Shown piece after piece: positions 9,457-19,084 of a stretch of DNA of 64,000 bases. Where the stretch lies: positions 192,001-256,000 of the forward strand of contig CBDFLQ010000006.1 of assembly GCA_965249275.1 (NCBI GenBank), read 5' to 3'. Position numbers and translations under genes: made by a program. The notes beneath the pieces are model-generated. The model saw only the letters and a program-made list of their open reading frames with translations. It had not been told where the DNA came from and searched no databases. Each line of letters starts with the position of its first letter. The first letter of the stretch is position 1. This stretch comes from Dehalococcoidia bacterium (GTDB lineage: Bacteria; Chloroflexota; Dehalococcoidia; Plut-88900).

Positions 9457-10551
9457 ATGTTAATCACTGGTATCGAATGGCAGAGTGTCGCCGTCCCGTT
9501 CAAGCGCCCCTTCCGCACGTCATCGTCCTTAATAGACGCCCGATATAGCTTGCTGGTCCAGCTTGAGACCGACAACGGTATCATCGGCCTCGGCGAAGCC
9601 CCTGCCTCCCTCACCCGCAGTCCCGCCTCCCTCCGATACCTCGCTACCGCCCTCGAGACCGTTGCCCCCGCCCTGCTCACGAGGCCCCTTGCCTCGACCC
9701 CATTTCCCGCTATTCCTCCACCCGCCCTCGCCTTCGCCCTTGAGACGGCAGCACTGGACTGTCTTGCGCAATCCGAGGCCAAGCCCCTAGCTGTCTTCCT
9801 TGGCGGCTCACCCCGACCTGTTGAAGTCAACGCCATAATCGGCGAAGCAGCCCCCGCCGAGACGGAAGTTCTAGCAGCTAAAGCCGTCGAGGAAGGCTTT
9901 CGCACCCTCAAACTAAAGGTCGGTGGCCGAGACCTGGAAATCGACGAGGACGCCCTAACCCGCACACGCAATGCCGTCGGCAATGCCATCAAACTCCGCC
10001 TGGATGCCAACCAAGCCTGGTCCGAGAACCAAGCTTCCATTGCCCTGCACCGTCTAGCCAAATACTCTCCCGAGTTCATAGAAGAACCCGTAATCCCGGC
10101 CGACATCCCAACCCTCTCCCGACTCCACCGCAACTCCCCCATCCCCATCGCCGCCGACGAGTCCGTCGAGAACGCGCAGTCCGCCGCAACCCTCGCCGAT
10201 TCAGGTGCCGTAGACATCCTTGTCATCAAGCTCGCAAGAGTCGGCGGCCTAACCGCTGCCCGCTCTATTATCGAGCACGCCCAGGCCCGTGGCTTGGGAG
10301 CCGTCCTAACTTCCTCGTTGGAAACAGGTGTTGGTCTGGCCGCCGCTTTACATCTAGCCGCTGCAATGAACATCCCCCAAGCCTGCGGCCTGGCCACCGG
10401 GCCCCTACTCACCCATGACCTCCTCCAGACGCCCCTTTCTCCCGACAGCGGCTTCCTCATCACACCCGACTCCCCCGGACTCGGCATCACCCCCAACCTC
10501 GATGCTATCCAACACTATGCCCACGGGCCTCGCGGGCAAGTCCGGCTGTAG
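9457..10551 (+). CDS. menC: o-succinylbenzoate synthase (enolase superfamily)
   Basis: KLKVG, RLDANQAW, IEEP, AADES, CGLATG; men cluster context. Confidence 0.88.
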   Translation: MLITGIEWQSVAVPFKRPFRTSSSLIDARYSLLVQLETDNGIIGLGEAPASLTRSPASLRYLATALETVAPALLTRPLASTPFPAIPPPALAFALETAALDCLAQSEAKPLAVFLGGSPRPVEVNAIIGEAAPAETEVLAAKAVEEGFRTLKLKVGGRDLEIDEDALTRTRNAVGNAIKLRLDANQAWSENQASIALHRLAKYSPEFIEEPVIPADIPTLSRLHRNSPIPIAADESVENAQSAATLADSGAVDILVIKLARVGGLTAARSIIEHAQARGLGAVLTSSLETGVGLAAALHLAAAMNIPQACGLATGPLLTHDLLQTPLSPDSGFLITPDSPGLGITPNLDAIQHYAHGPRGQVRL

Positions 10552-11383
10552 ACCCGTTATAGCGGTTCCCGTCTAAGGCGTTTAGGAATTCGCAAACCTT
10601 GGTCTCAAACTCTTTCGGATTCTCCAGGTGAGCACAGTGACCCGCGTTCAGAATCGAGGCGTAGTCGCCGTTGGGAGTCAAATCACTCATGGTTCGTGCC
10701 AACGTCAGGAACTTCTGGTCCTCCTCACCCGCGAGGAACAGCGTCGGCTTCCGAAATCCCGGTAGACGGTCGTACACGCTAGGCTGCGCCCCTGTCCCCA
10801 TCCCCCTCAGACTGTTGGCCAGCCCCGTGGCCCGATTCCCCAGCCTCTGGCGCCTCAACTCCATCCGTACCTGCTCGTCCATCCTATCTTGGCTGACAAA
10901 TAGGGCCTGAGACTCCCAGTGTTCGACAAAGGACGCTACGCCCCTGTCCTCTATCCGAATCGCAAGCGCCCTGTCCGCCGACACCCTCGTCGCCCTCTCT
11001 CGTTCACTTTCTATTCCCCCTGAAGCCCCCTCCAGAATCAAGGCCCGGCATCGCTCCGGTGCGGTAGTGCCCAGGCATAATCCAACCCGCCCACCCATCG
11101 AATATCCAATCCAAACTGCTTCACTTATTTCGAGACGATCGGCCAGCGCGAGCAGATCATCGACACACCGCTCCATCGAATATCTTGCTGGGTCTTCCGG
11201 TGCATCCGACTCCCCATGCCCTATCAGGTCAACCAACACCGTGGTATACCGCCCCCCGAGCGCCGCTGCTAGAGGGCACCAGGTGGTAAGGTCGCCCGTG
11301 AAGCCGTGAAGCATGACCAAGGGTGGACCCTGTCCTTCAACCTCCACGTTCAGCCGGATTCCGTTGACTGGCACAAGAGCCAC
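10505..11383 (-). CDS. menH: SHCHC synthase (alpha/beta hydrolase)
   Basis: LHGFTG, GYSMGGR, GLANSLRGMGTGAQP, GHCAHLE; start taken as GTG at 11383, just after the menD stop. Confidence 0.9.
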   Translation of the reverse strand: MALVPVNGIRLNVEVEGQGPPLVMLHGFTGDLTTWCPLAAALGGRYTTVLVDLIGHGESDAPEDPARYSMERCVDDLLALADRLEISEAVWIGYSMGGRVGLCLGTTAPERCRALILEGASGGIESERERATRVSADRALAIRIEDRGVASFVEHWESQALFVSQDRMDEQVRMELRRQRLGNRATGLANSLRGMGTGAQPSVYDRLPGFRKPTLFLAGEEDQKFLTLARTMSDLTPNGDYASILNAGHCAHLENPKEFETKVCEFLNALDGNRYNGSTAGLAREARGHSVG

Positions 11384-11385
11384 GG

Positions 11386-13137
11386 CTAGCCCCTCTCCAC
11401 GCTGCGGAGCGCATCCGAGGCCGCACTCCACGCTTCTCGATGCAAAACCACGTTCCGCTCCCGGGAACTCGGGACCTCAATGATCGATGTTCCTATGTCG
11501 GCAGTTCCCCGATCCACGGCTTCACCAAACTCCTCCCATGTCGAGACCCGCGTGTACTCCAAACCATACAACTCCGCTACAGACCCAAACGTCAGTCCGT
11601 GCGGCGTCCCGTAGACTTTTTCAAAATGCGCCGGGTGCTCGGCCTGCGGCAGGAACGAGAATATGCCTCCGCCATCGTTGTTCACGACCACAATGGTCGC
11701 GTTTATCTCACTGTTCCTGGTCATAAGCAGTCCCGTCATGTCGTGGAAAAAGGATAGGTCGCCTACCACCGCCACCACCGGTACCCCCGCCCCACTCCCC
11801 GCCCCTAACGCCGTTGATACAACTCCATCGATACCGCTCGCCCCCCGATTCCCCATCACCCTGATATTTCGATGCGAAGCAGGCATGAACGTGTCCATAT
11901 CCCTCACGGGCATACTGTTCCCTGCGAAGAGGATCGCCGGCTCGGGAATATGCTCTTGGATTTCGTGAAATACCTTCCCCTCGAAAAGCTCGTCTATCTC
12001 CGCCATATGTCCCTCCACCCCCTCCCCGACAGATCGGCTAAAACCCACCCACTCGTCGAGCCACGGAGACCCGCCATCCCGCCCACCGCCACCCGCGGCC
12101 AGCCCACGGCAAAATGTCACCGAGTCCATCTGCACCACGTCTGAGGCCAAATGATGCGGGTCTGGCCAGCCGGTCTCGGGCACCAGAACGTGCCGAGCGT
12201 CCCTGAATCGTGCAAGGAACATACCCAGCGACTTGGAAGTCGGCCAGGCCCCGAACCGAAGCACCACCTCGGGCTCAAGCCTCTCCCACAAACCCTGGTC
12301 GCGCAACATCAAATCGTAGAAGCTTATTACCTGTGAAAGATCATGCGTCCCACACCTGACTTGAGACAGGGGGTCAGCAAGAATCGGATACCCTAGGCAC
12401 CGCGCCGCCTCCGACACCGCACCCGCCAACTCTGGATTGCTCTGCGGCCCGCAAACGATCAACCCCCGCTCAACCCCACCCACCCTCGCCCCGACTTCCC
12501 TCCCGGCCTCCCATCCATCCGGTGCAGCCCCTGCCTCTACGCCATCCAAAATCTCCCCACCCCCGGATATCTCCATCTCCTCTCCTGCGATAGCAATCGG
12601 GGCCAACGGCTCACGAAACGGCACGTTCAGGTGCACTGGTCCTGACGGATAGCCTACACCCGTGGCATACGCCCTCCGCCCGATGGCCGAGGCGTAGTCA
12701 GTAAGCCGAACGTTCGCTTCCGGAACTGGCAGGTCGGCAGCCCACTTCACGTGTGCGCCGTAGATTCCGGTTTGCTCGATGGTCTGGTTGGCACCCCAGT
12801 CCATCAATTCCGGTGGGCGGTCCGCTGTTATCACTATAAGAGGCACCCCCGTCAGCCTAGCCTCGACTACCGCAGGCAGCAAATTCGCCGCCGCAGTCCC
12901 CGAGGTGGTCATAACCGCAACCGGCCTCCTGGACCCCTTGGCAATTCCCAGTGCAAAGAACCCCGCGGAGCGTTCGTCAAGGTGCACCCAGGTCTTAATG
13001 GCGGTGCTCCTGGCAAAAGTAATCGCAAGCGGCCCCGACCGAGACCCGGGGCACATGACCACGTCTCGTAGCCCGGCCGACGCCAACCCCTCCACCAGGG
13101 CCCCCGACATCGCATAGTTCCGGTTCTCCACCTTCAT
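11386..13137 (-). CDS. menD: SEPHCHC synthase
   Basis: CPGSRS, DERSAGFFALG, TSGTA, NRGASGIDG, GDLSFFHD, NNDGGGIF. Confidence 0.97.
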   Translation of the reverse strand: MKVENRNYAMSGALVEGLASAGLRDVVMCPGSRSGPLAITFARSTAIKTWVHLDERSAGFFALGIAKGSRRPVAVMTTSGTAAANLLPAVVEARLTGVPLIVITADRPPELMDWGANQTIEQTGIYGAHVKWAADLPVPEANVRLTDYASAIGRRAYATGVGYPSGPVHLNVPFREPLAPIAIAGEEMEISGGGEILDGVEAGAAPDGWEAGREVGARVGGVERGLIVCGPQSNPELAGAVSEAARCLGYPILADPLSQVRCGTHDLSQVISFYDLMLRDQGLWERLEPEVVLRFGAWPTSKSLGMFLARFRDARHVLVPETGWPDPHHLASDVVQMDSVTFCRGLAAGGGGRDGGSPWLDEWVGFSRSVGEGVEGHMAEIDELFEGKVFHEIQEHIPEPAILFAGNSMPVRDMDTFMPASHRNIRVMGNRGASGIDGVVSTALGAGSGAGVPVVAVVGDLSFFHDMTGLLMTRNSEINATIVVVNNDGGGIFSFLPQAEHPAHFEKVYGTPHGLTFGSVAELYGLEYTRVSTWEEFGEAVDRGTADIGTSIIEVPSSRERNVVLHREAWSAASDALRSVERG

Positions 13138-13290
13138 AAGACCTTTGTACAACCCGGCATGCAACACTCAGAGGATCTATATGCACTTGCTCGGGGGTAG
13201 GGCAGGAATCCGCTTACTCTGAGCAGAGTCGAAGGGCCGAGCGGATTCCTGGCGGGGTTCCCATCCGTTGACAAGTTGCGCACAGGTCTC
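13138..13290. mobile_element. MITE copy (153 bp) inserted at the menD start codon
   Basis: TIRs AAGACCTTTGTACAAC / GTTGCGCACAGGTCTC; exact TTCAT duplication at 13133-13137 and 13291-13295; internal REP-like hairpin. Confidence 0.75.
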
Positions 13291-13297
13291 TTCATGC

Positions 13298-14638
13298 CTA
13301 ACCCAAATTCAGAGCGTCCTTTAGACCGAGCATCTTCAGCTCCGTCTCCGCAAACTCCCTCTTCGCGTCAGATCCTTCCACGATTCCCGCCCCCGCGTAC
13401 AGATAAGCCCGGTCTTCCGTAATCAACCCGGACCTGATGGCTATGGCGAACTCTCCCCGACCCTTGTGGTCCATCCACCCCACAGGCCCCGAGTACCACC
13501 CCCGGTCCATCTCCTCTAGCTCCTGTATCAAGGCTAAAGCCTTCCGGGTGGGGACACCGGCCACGGCGGGAGTCGGGTGCAGCGCCTCAACAAATTCCAG
13601 GATGTCCCTGCCCCCGTCATTGGCCCCGTGGAACGCAGTAGAGAGATGCTGCACATTCTTCAGTTTCGACAGTCGCGGTGTCGAGTCCCAACTAAGCTCA
13701 TCACACAGCCCGCTCAAAGCCTGCTCGACCGAACTGGCCGCGAGATAGTGCTCCCGCTGCTCCTTCGGGTCGTTAAGCAGCGCCTCGCCCAGCTTCCTGT
13801 CCTCCTCCGCCGTCGTACCCCGAGCCGTCGACCCCGCATGACATATGCACTCCAGCTTTCCATCGGCAAGGGTCACAAGTGGTTCTGGACTGGCACCCAG
13901 AAAAGTGTCCGGCCCAACCCCGAATGAGAAGACCGAGCACCTGGCCTCGCCGTCCATCAATCGTTCCAGTGTCCCCGGCACGTCCATCTCTCCCGACCCA
14001 TCCACCGCAGCCCTACGCGCGATCACTACCTTGTCCGCCTCTCCCGACCTCACCGACTCCAACGCTCCTTCCACCGAACGCTCCCATAGGTTTGCCAATC
14101 CCGAATCAACTACAGGGTCGGATACAGTGTCAGCATCGTGCACTGACGCAAATTGGGTTTCCGCTCCGTTGTAAGATAGCAGCCTATTTTCGGTCACCCA
14201 GCACCCGTCGGGAGTCCACGCATAACACACCCGGGGCACGACCATCATCCCGTCGGCAAATCTCCTCCATTCGGGAGATACCTCCGCCTCGGCATCAAAC
14301 CGGAACCCCCCGAGCGCCAAGGGCCCCGTTCCTGCAACATCCGGTCCCTCAACCACCGCTCTTTCAATCAGGTCCCGGTACCACTCCCTCACCCGCATAA
14401 ACCTGTCCGCCCCCGACACCTTGACCCCGCACGCTACCCCCAACCCCACAATAACCAGGTCCCGGTCCCGCTGGGCCCAGAACACCCGAAATTCCTCGCC
14501 GGGCTCCGCGTTTCGGTAAACGTCCGTGGGGCTCGCTTCCTGCCGAAGCAAGCGCGACCGGCTAACGAGTGCGGGCCCGTTCTCGGCCAGTGACAAGGTG
14601 GATGGGCCAAGAGTGGATGTCCGGGAATTGGGACTCAT
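13298..14638 (-). CDS. menF: isochorismate synthase
   Basis: KVVIAR, FLGASPE, KEQREH, LHPTPAVAG, RGWYSGPVG, AGAGIV. Confidence 0.93.
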   Translation of the reverse strand: MSPNSRTSTLGPSTLSLAENGPALVSRSRLLRQEASPTDVYRNAEPGEEFRVFWAQRDRDLVIVGLGVACGVKVSGADRFMRVREWYRDLIERAVVEGPDVAGTGPLALGGFRFDAEAEVSPEWRRFADGMMVVPRVCYAWTPDGCWVTENRLLSYNGAETQFASVHDADTVSDPVVDSGLANLWERSVEGALESVRSGEADKVVIARRAAVDGSGEMDVPGTLERLMDGEARCSVFSFGVGPDTFLGASPEPLVTLADGKLECICHAGSTARGTTAEEDRKLGEALLNDPKEQREHYLAASSVEQALSGLCDELSWDSTPRLSKLKNVQHLSTAFHGANDGGRDILEFVEALHPTPAVAGVPTRKALALIQELEEMDRGWYSGPVGWMDHKGRGEFAIAIRSGLITEDRAYLYAGAGIVEGSDAKREFAETELKMLGLKDALNLG

Positions 14639-15282
14639 ACCGCCGCCTCTTCCACTTGTTTTTCCCGTGCCCCGGCGGCAGTCGCATCCCAGGCCTGAAT
14701 GCCTATGCCGTTCATAAGCAGTTCACGAACGACGGGCGCACTTTCCATCAGGGGCGTCGGCTTATCTCGCAGAAGCCACCTGAGGATTATCTCGTTCAGC
14801 GCCCCCAACCACAGCTGCGAAACCAGGCTCGTATCTACCGGCCTGATCGCTCCCGACTCCATTGCCGCATCCAGCTCCCTGCGAATCAGCCCTGCGAATT
14901 TATCCCTTATCGGCAGGAACTTCCGGTCCATCGAACGTCCCTGCCCCACCATATTCACCATCAATATCTGGGCCAGCTTCCTCTGCTTGGAGAAGGTGGA
15001 AAGCAGCGCATCTATCGCCAGTGGTATCCTCTTCAGCGGGTCGGTTTCCGACGCTATGGACCGCTCCAACTTCCTGACCAGTTTCTCGCTCAGCTGGTCG
15101 ACCATGCCGAGCGCCATCTGTTCCTTGCTTGGAAAGTGGAAGTAAAAGCTGCCCTTGGACGTCCCCGACTGCTGGACTATCTCGTCCACGTTGGAGTTGT
15201 AGTAACCCCGCCGTGCAAAGAGACTCGCCGCTGCATTCAGGATGCGCTCACGTGCGGTGCGGGTTTCGGCTCTCGCGGTCAT
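14635..15282 (-). CDS. TetR/AcrR-family transcriptional regulator
   Basis: N-terminal HTH (SKGSFYFHFPSK); ATGA overlap with menF. Confidence 0.93.
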   Translation of the reverse strand: MTARAETRTARERILNAAASLFARRGYYNSNVDEIVQQSGTSKGSFYFHFPSKEQMALGMVDQLSEKLVRKLERSIASETDPLKRIPLAIDALLSTFSKQRKLAQILMVNMVGQGRSMDRKFLPIRDKFAGLIRRELDAAMESGAIRPVDTSLVSQLWLGALNEIILRWLLRDKPTPLMESAPVVRELLMNGIGIQAWDATAAGAREKQVEEAAV

Positions 15283-15301
15283 GCTAGACGACTCTCAACA
15301 C

Positions 15302-15317
15302 TAGACCGACCGGTCTG
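15302..15317. promoter_or_regulatory. candidate TetR operator AGACCG-AC-CGGTCT
   Basis: Perfect 6-bp inverted repeat about 20 bp upstream of the TetR start. Confidence 0.65.
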
Positions 15318-15368
15318 TTTACTCCGTCAGTCTATAGGGAGACAATCTGGTCGTCAACCGTTATCGGA

Positions 15369-16040
15369 CTACTGCACCGTCCCAGCGACCAGATACTCGG
15401 CCAACGCCCGCTCTATGATCCGATTCACGTTGTACGCCACGTATCCACGCTCCACCGACGCTTCGATTGCCGCCTCGGCTTCGGTCGGCATATCTAGCAT
15501 CGAGTAGGCAATGGCCTGTCCCACATAAGCTTTTCCCAGCTCCGAATCCAGACCGATGGCCTTGTCGAAGTCATCCAATGCAAGTGCCGGTAGCCCCATC
15601 CCGACGTACATGCTGCCCCGGTTGGAGTACGCCTCCGCGTTCCCCGGGTCCCTTTCCACCACTTCCGTATAGTCCGACACCGCGTCCTGTGGCCTTCGAA
15701 TCTGGGAATATGCAAACGCCCTGTTGTAATAGGCAGCGACCCTCTCAGGGTCTAGTGCTAATGCCTCGTCGTAATCGTCGATGGCGTCATTCCATCGCTT
15801 TGTTGCCAGCCAGGCGAGGCCCCTGTCGAAATAGGCGTCTGAGAATTCTGGATCGGCGCGGATGGCTTTGGTGAACGCCGCAATGGAGGCCCCTATCTGG
15901 CCCTTGCTGAAGAGCTCCTCGCCCTCCCGGTAACGCGCCAGTGCAGCCTCGGACTCGGTGTCCGGGCCTCGAGCCCCCTCCCCACCCCCACACGCGAATA
16001 GCAGCAGGAGGCAGATCCCGGCCAGAGCGAGTTTCAGCAT
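15369..16040 (-). CDS. TPR-repeat lipoprotein
   Basis: LFAC lipobox followed by several AYxNRG-type TPR repeats. Confidence 0.88.
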   Translation of the reverse strand: MLKLALAGICLLLLFACGGGEGARGPDTESEAALARYREGEELFSKGQIGASIAAFTKAIRADPEFSDAYFDRGLAWLATKRWNDAIDDYDEALALDPERVAAYYNRAFAYSQIRRPQDAVSDYTEVVERDPGNAEAYSNRGSMYVGMGLPALALDDFDKAIGLDSELGKAYVGQAIAYSMLDMPTEAEAAIEASVERGYVAYNVNRIIERALAEYLVAGTVQ

Positions 16041-16057
16041 CCCACTGATCGGGACCG

Positions 16058-17263
16058 CTAAACTACGCTTTCTTGCCGCAGTTTCTCTATGCGCTCTTCG
16101 GAGTAGCCCAGCACACCTGCCAGGACTTCGTCTGTGTCCTGTCCCAATAGGGGTGCCGCTCTGTATTCAGTCGGGGAGTCCGACAGATTGATCGGATTCC
16201 CGATCATCTTCCACTCCCCTCTCTGCGGGTGATCCATGGTCGCAATCATTCCCCGTTCCTGGATGTGCGGGTCTTCGAACAGGTCCTTGGCGTTCAGAAC
16301 CGCCCCAGCCACGACCCCCTGGCTCGCGCACGTGTTCATAACCTCGTACTTGGTGTGCTGTAGCGTCCAGTCCTCGACCATCTTGTCCACCTCTTCCTTC
16401 CGATTGAACCGGAGTTCCGAGGAGGTGTAGCGCTCATCGCCGACGAGGTCTTCCCTGCCGATTATCCTGAGCAGGCTGTTCCACGAATCTGAGATGCTCT
16501 CGGTGGCGTAGACATAGCAGTAGTCATCGAGACCGCCGGGCTTGCACCGGTACATCCGGGAAGGCGCGGTGTTCCAACCGTCGTCTCCCTTTCTCATTAT
16601 CATCTCGGGATTGTGGTAGTACCACATCATCGCAACCCTGCCGAAGTTGAACACCGACTCCTGCATCGAAACCTCAACTACCTGCCCCTTCCCCGTCCGT
16701 TCCCTCTGAAGTAATGCCGCCACAACCCCCAGGGCCGCGTGATATCCCGTTCCAATATCTCCGATGGACGTTCCCATCGGTACAGGCGGCCCATCTTTGT
16801 ATCCATTTGTGGCATACGACCCGCCCGTGCACTGCGCGATCATGTCGAAACACTTATATTGGCTGTAGGGGCCATACGTCCCGAACCCCTTGACCCGCCC
16901 CAGCACTATCTTCGGATTCACCTCCGACAGCACATCGTATCCCAGTCCTAATCGCTCGAGGGTCCCGGGTCCCTGGTTCTCCGCCACTACGTCTGCATTT
17001 CTCACCAGTTCCAGGAACACAGCCTTCCCCTCCTCCGACTTCAAGTTCAGAGTGATGCTCCGCTTGTTGGAGTTCAGGATTAGAAAATAAGGACTGTCGA
17101 TCCCGGCAATGTCCTGCGGCGCCACCCGACCCGGATCCCCTCTCCCTGGGGCCTCCACCTTGATCACATCCGCCCCCAGCCAGGCCAGAGCCTGAGTAAA
17201 GGAAGTTCCGGCCTCCCACTGTGTCAAGTCGACCACCCTGTAGCCTTCCATTGCCTTTTCCAT
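16058..17263 (-). CDS. family III CoA-transferase (CaiB/Frc-like)
   Basis: DLTQWEAG, LGADVIKVE, NSNKRS, GDIGTG catalytic Asp region, APLLG; start taken as MEKAMEG. Confidence 0.92.
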   Translation of the reverse strand: MEKAMEGYRVVDLTQWEAGTSFTQALAWLGADVIKVEAPGRGDPGRVAPQDIAGIDSPYFLILNSNKRSITLNLKSEEGKAVFLELVRNADVVAENQGPGTLERLGLGYDVLSEVNPKIVLGRVKGFGTYGPYSQYKCFDMIAQCTGGSYATNGYKDGPPVPMGTSIGDIGTGYHAALGVVAALLQRERTGKGQVVEVSMQESVFNFGRVAMMWYYHNPEMIMRKGDDGWNTAPSRMYRCKPGGLDDYCYVYATESISDSWNSLLRIIGREDLVGDERYTSSELRFNRKEEVDKMVEDWTLQHTKYEVMNTCASQGVVAGAVLNAKDLFEDPHIQERGMIATMDHPQRGEWKMIGNPINLSDSPTEYRAAPLLGQDTDEVLAGVLGYSEERIEKLRQESVV

Positions 17264-17439
17264 CTTTGTCCCCCTTTGCTTGGTTACCGGTGGTTGCAGA
17301 GCGTATATAATCCCAACTGCGCCCCGGGTGAAACATCCGCCTGGCTGAAAGTCCGCCGTGGGCGGAGCGGGGCCGTTACATTCTACACCACCAAAAGACT
17401 GCGCCAAGGCCCTGCGCCCTGGCCCCGAGGGAGGAGAAC

Positions 17440-17874
17440 ATGGCAACAGACCTGAGCTTCGTATGTATCGCCGTCCACGACCTCCAGGAAGCCTCCGACA
17501 GATTCTGCAACCTCTTCGGTCTGGAGGTTATGCAGATGCCCAACGATAACACCCAGCTCGGCTACCGCAGCACTTACCTCGGCAACGGCTCCAAAGCCCT
17601 TCTAGAACTCATCGAGCCCCTCGGCGAAGGCAGCGCCGTCGGCAAGTTCCTTGAAACCCGAGGCGAAGGAGTCTACCTCATCACCTTCGAAGTGGATGAC
17701 ATCCGCGACTCCGTCAAAAAGGTCCGCTCCCACGGCGGCCGTGTCACCGGCATCCCCGAAGACGAAGAGCCCGGCCCCAACGCCGACTACCTGTGGGTCC
17801 ACCCCAAGGGCACCCACGGCGTCTTCGTGGAAATCCTCCAAAAAGGCTTCGGCCCCCTCCCCGGCGGCAGCTAA
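17440..17874 (+). CDS. VOC family protein, methylmalonyl-CoA epimerase-like
   Basis: IAVHDL, LELIEP, KFLETRGEGVY, VHPKGTHGVFVE; GGAGGAG RBS. Confidence 0.8.
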   Translation: MATDLSFVCIAVHDLQEASDRFCNLFGLEVMQMPNDNTQLGYRSTYLGNGSKALLELIEPLGEGSAVGKFLETRGEGVYLITFEVDDIRDSVKKVRSHGGRVTGIPEDEEPGPNADYLWVHPKGTHGVFVEILQKGFGPLPGGS

Positions 17875-17956
17875 CCCCCGAGGCTCACCTCGTCAAAACC
17901 CTAATACAACACTGTTCGAAGAGTTAGGTGCAGGGTCTCATCCCCTCTCCCTTGAC

Positions 17957-18087
17957 GAGACCTTTGCATAACCTGTGTTGGAGGGGCGTGGGGCCGCTCG
18001 TGCTGAGGCTCTCGAAGTATGAGCGGGGGGGATGTTAGGCGATCTGGACGGAACAACAGATGCGATCTGCAGTTACGCAAAGGTCTC
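17957..18087. mobile_element. MITE copy 2 (131 bp)
   Basis: TIRs GAGACCTTTGCATAAC / GTTACGCAAAGGTCTC (15/16 match); flanked by TTGAC/TAGAC; sits in the loop of a family B REP. Confidence 0.85.
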
Positions 18088-18263
18088 TAGACGGGTCGCA
18101 GATGCGCCGAGGCGTGAATCCATCCCTTTTCCTCCATCATTCCCGTGCCCCGACACAGGAATCCATCCCACGGGGCGGGGTATTCCGTTCGCCCTGAGCC
18201 CCGTCGAAGGGTCTCAAGAACGGAATGGGGATGGGGAGCCCTCCCTCATCATCAGCCAACTAT

Positions 18264-19081
18264 CTACCCAACACTCCCCGGCTGGCAAACCGGACAAAAA
18301 TAAGTCCCCCGCCCCCCGACCACCATCCTCTGTATCTCCCCGGAGCACCCGGGACACGACGCTCCGCTCTTCCGAGGAACCAGAAATATCTTATCTCCCA
18401 AGTCCTCTGTCGGTGGCGCATCCGACGGGAGATTCTCCTGCAATATCTCAATGGCCCGCGTCAGTATCACAACTATCGAATCGTGAATCGCATCAATCGA
18501 CTGCGCACTCAGCTTCTTCGCCGGTGTCTGAGGATGCACCCCAGACCTGAACAGTATGTCGTCGGCGTAGATGTTCCCAATCCCGGCAATCCGCTTCGGT
18601 CCATCAGCAGCGACTTTATCACCGTGCTCCGTCCCTCAACGATTCCCTCCAGCACTCCCGGGGTGAACGAGGGCTCCAGGGGCTCGGGCCCCAGGCCCCC
18701 GACCACCGACTCCGCATCGTCGACCAGCCACACCGCCCCGAACTTGCGCGGGTCCACGAACCGTAGGTCGTACCCGTCTTCAAAGTGAAATACCGTCTGT
18801 GTGTACCGGTGCATCTCCTCCGAGGAATCTACGACCCGCAGCGAGCCCGTCATCCTCAAGTGCACTATCAGGGTCCGCGTATCCCTCAGCTGGAATAAGA
18901 AATACTTCGCCCTCCGGCCCACGTCCTCGATGGTGGCGCCTAGAATGTCCTCCCGGAACTCCCCAGCCGAAGGCGCCTTGACCGCCTTCGGCCAGTTCAG
19001 CGTCACCCCACCGACGGTACGGCCCCTTACTTCAGGCGCTATCACCCGGCGCATCGCCTCAACGTCCGGTAATTCCGGCAT
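18264..19081 (-). pseudogene. mutM: formamidopyrimidine-DNA glycosylase with a 1-bp frameshift (pseudogene or sequence error)
   Basis: MPELPDV, HLRMTG, DPRKFG, LGPEP lie in one frame; GIGNIYAD and the CPGC...RGTYFCPVCQ zinc finger lie in another. One added base at 18597/18598 restores a 272-aa protein. Confidence 0.88.
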
Positions 19082-19084
19082 CAG

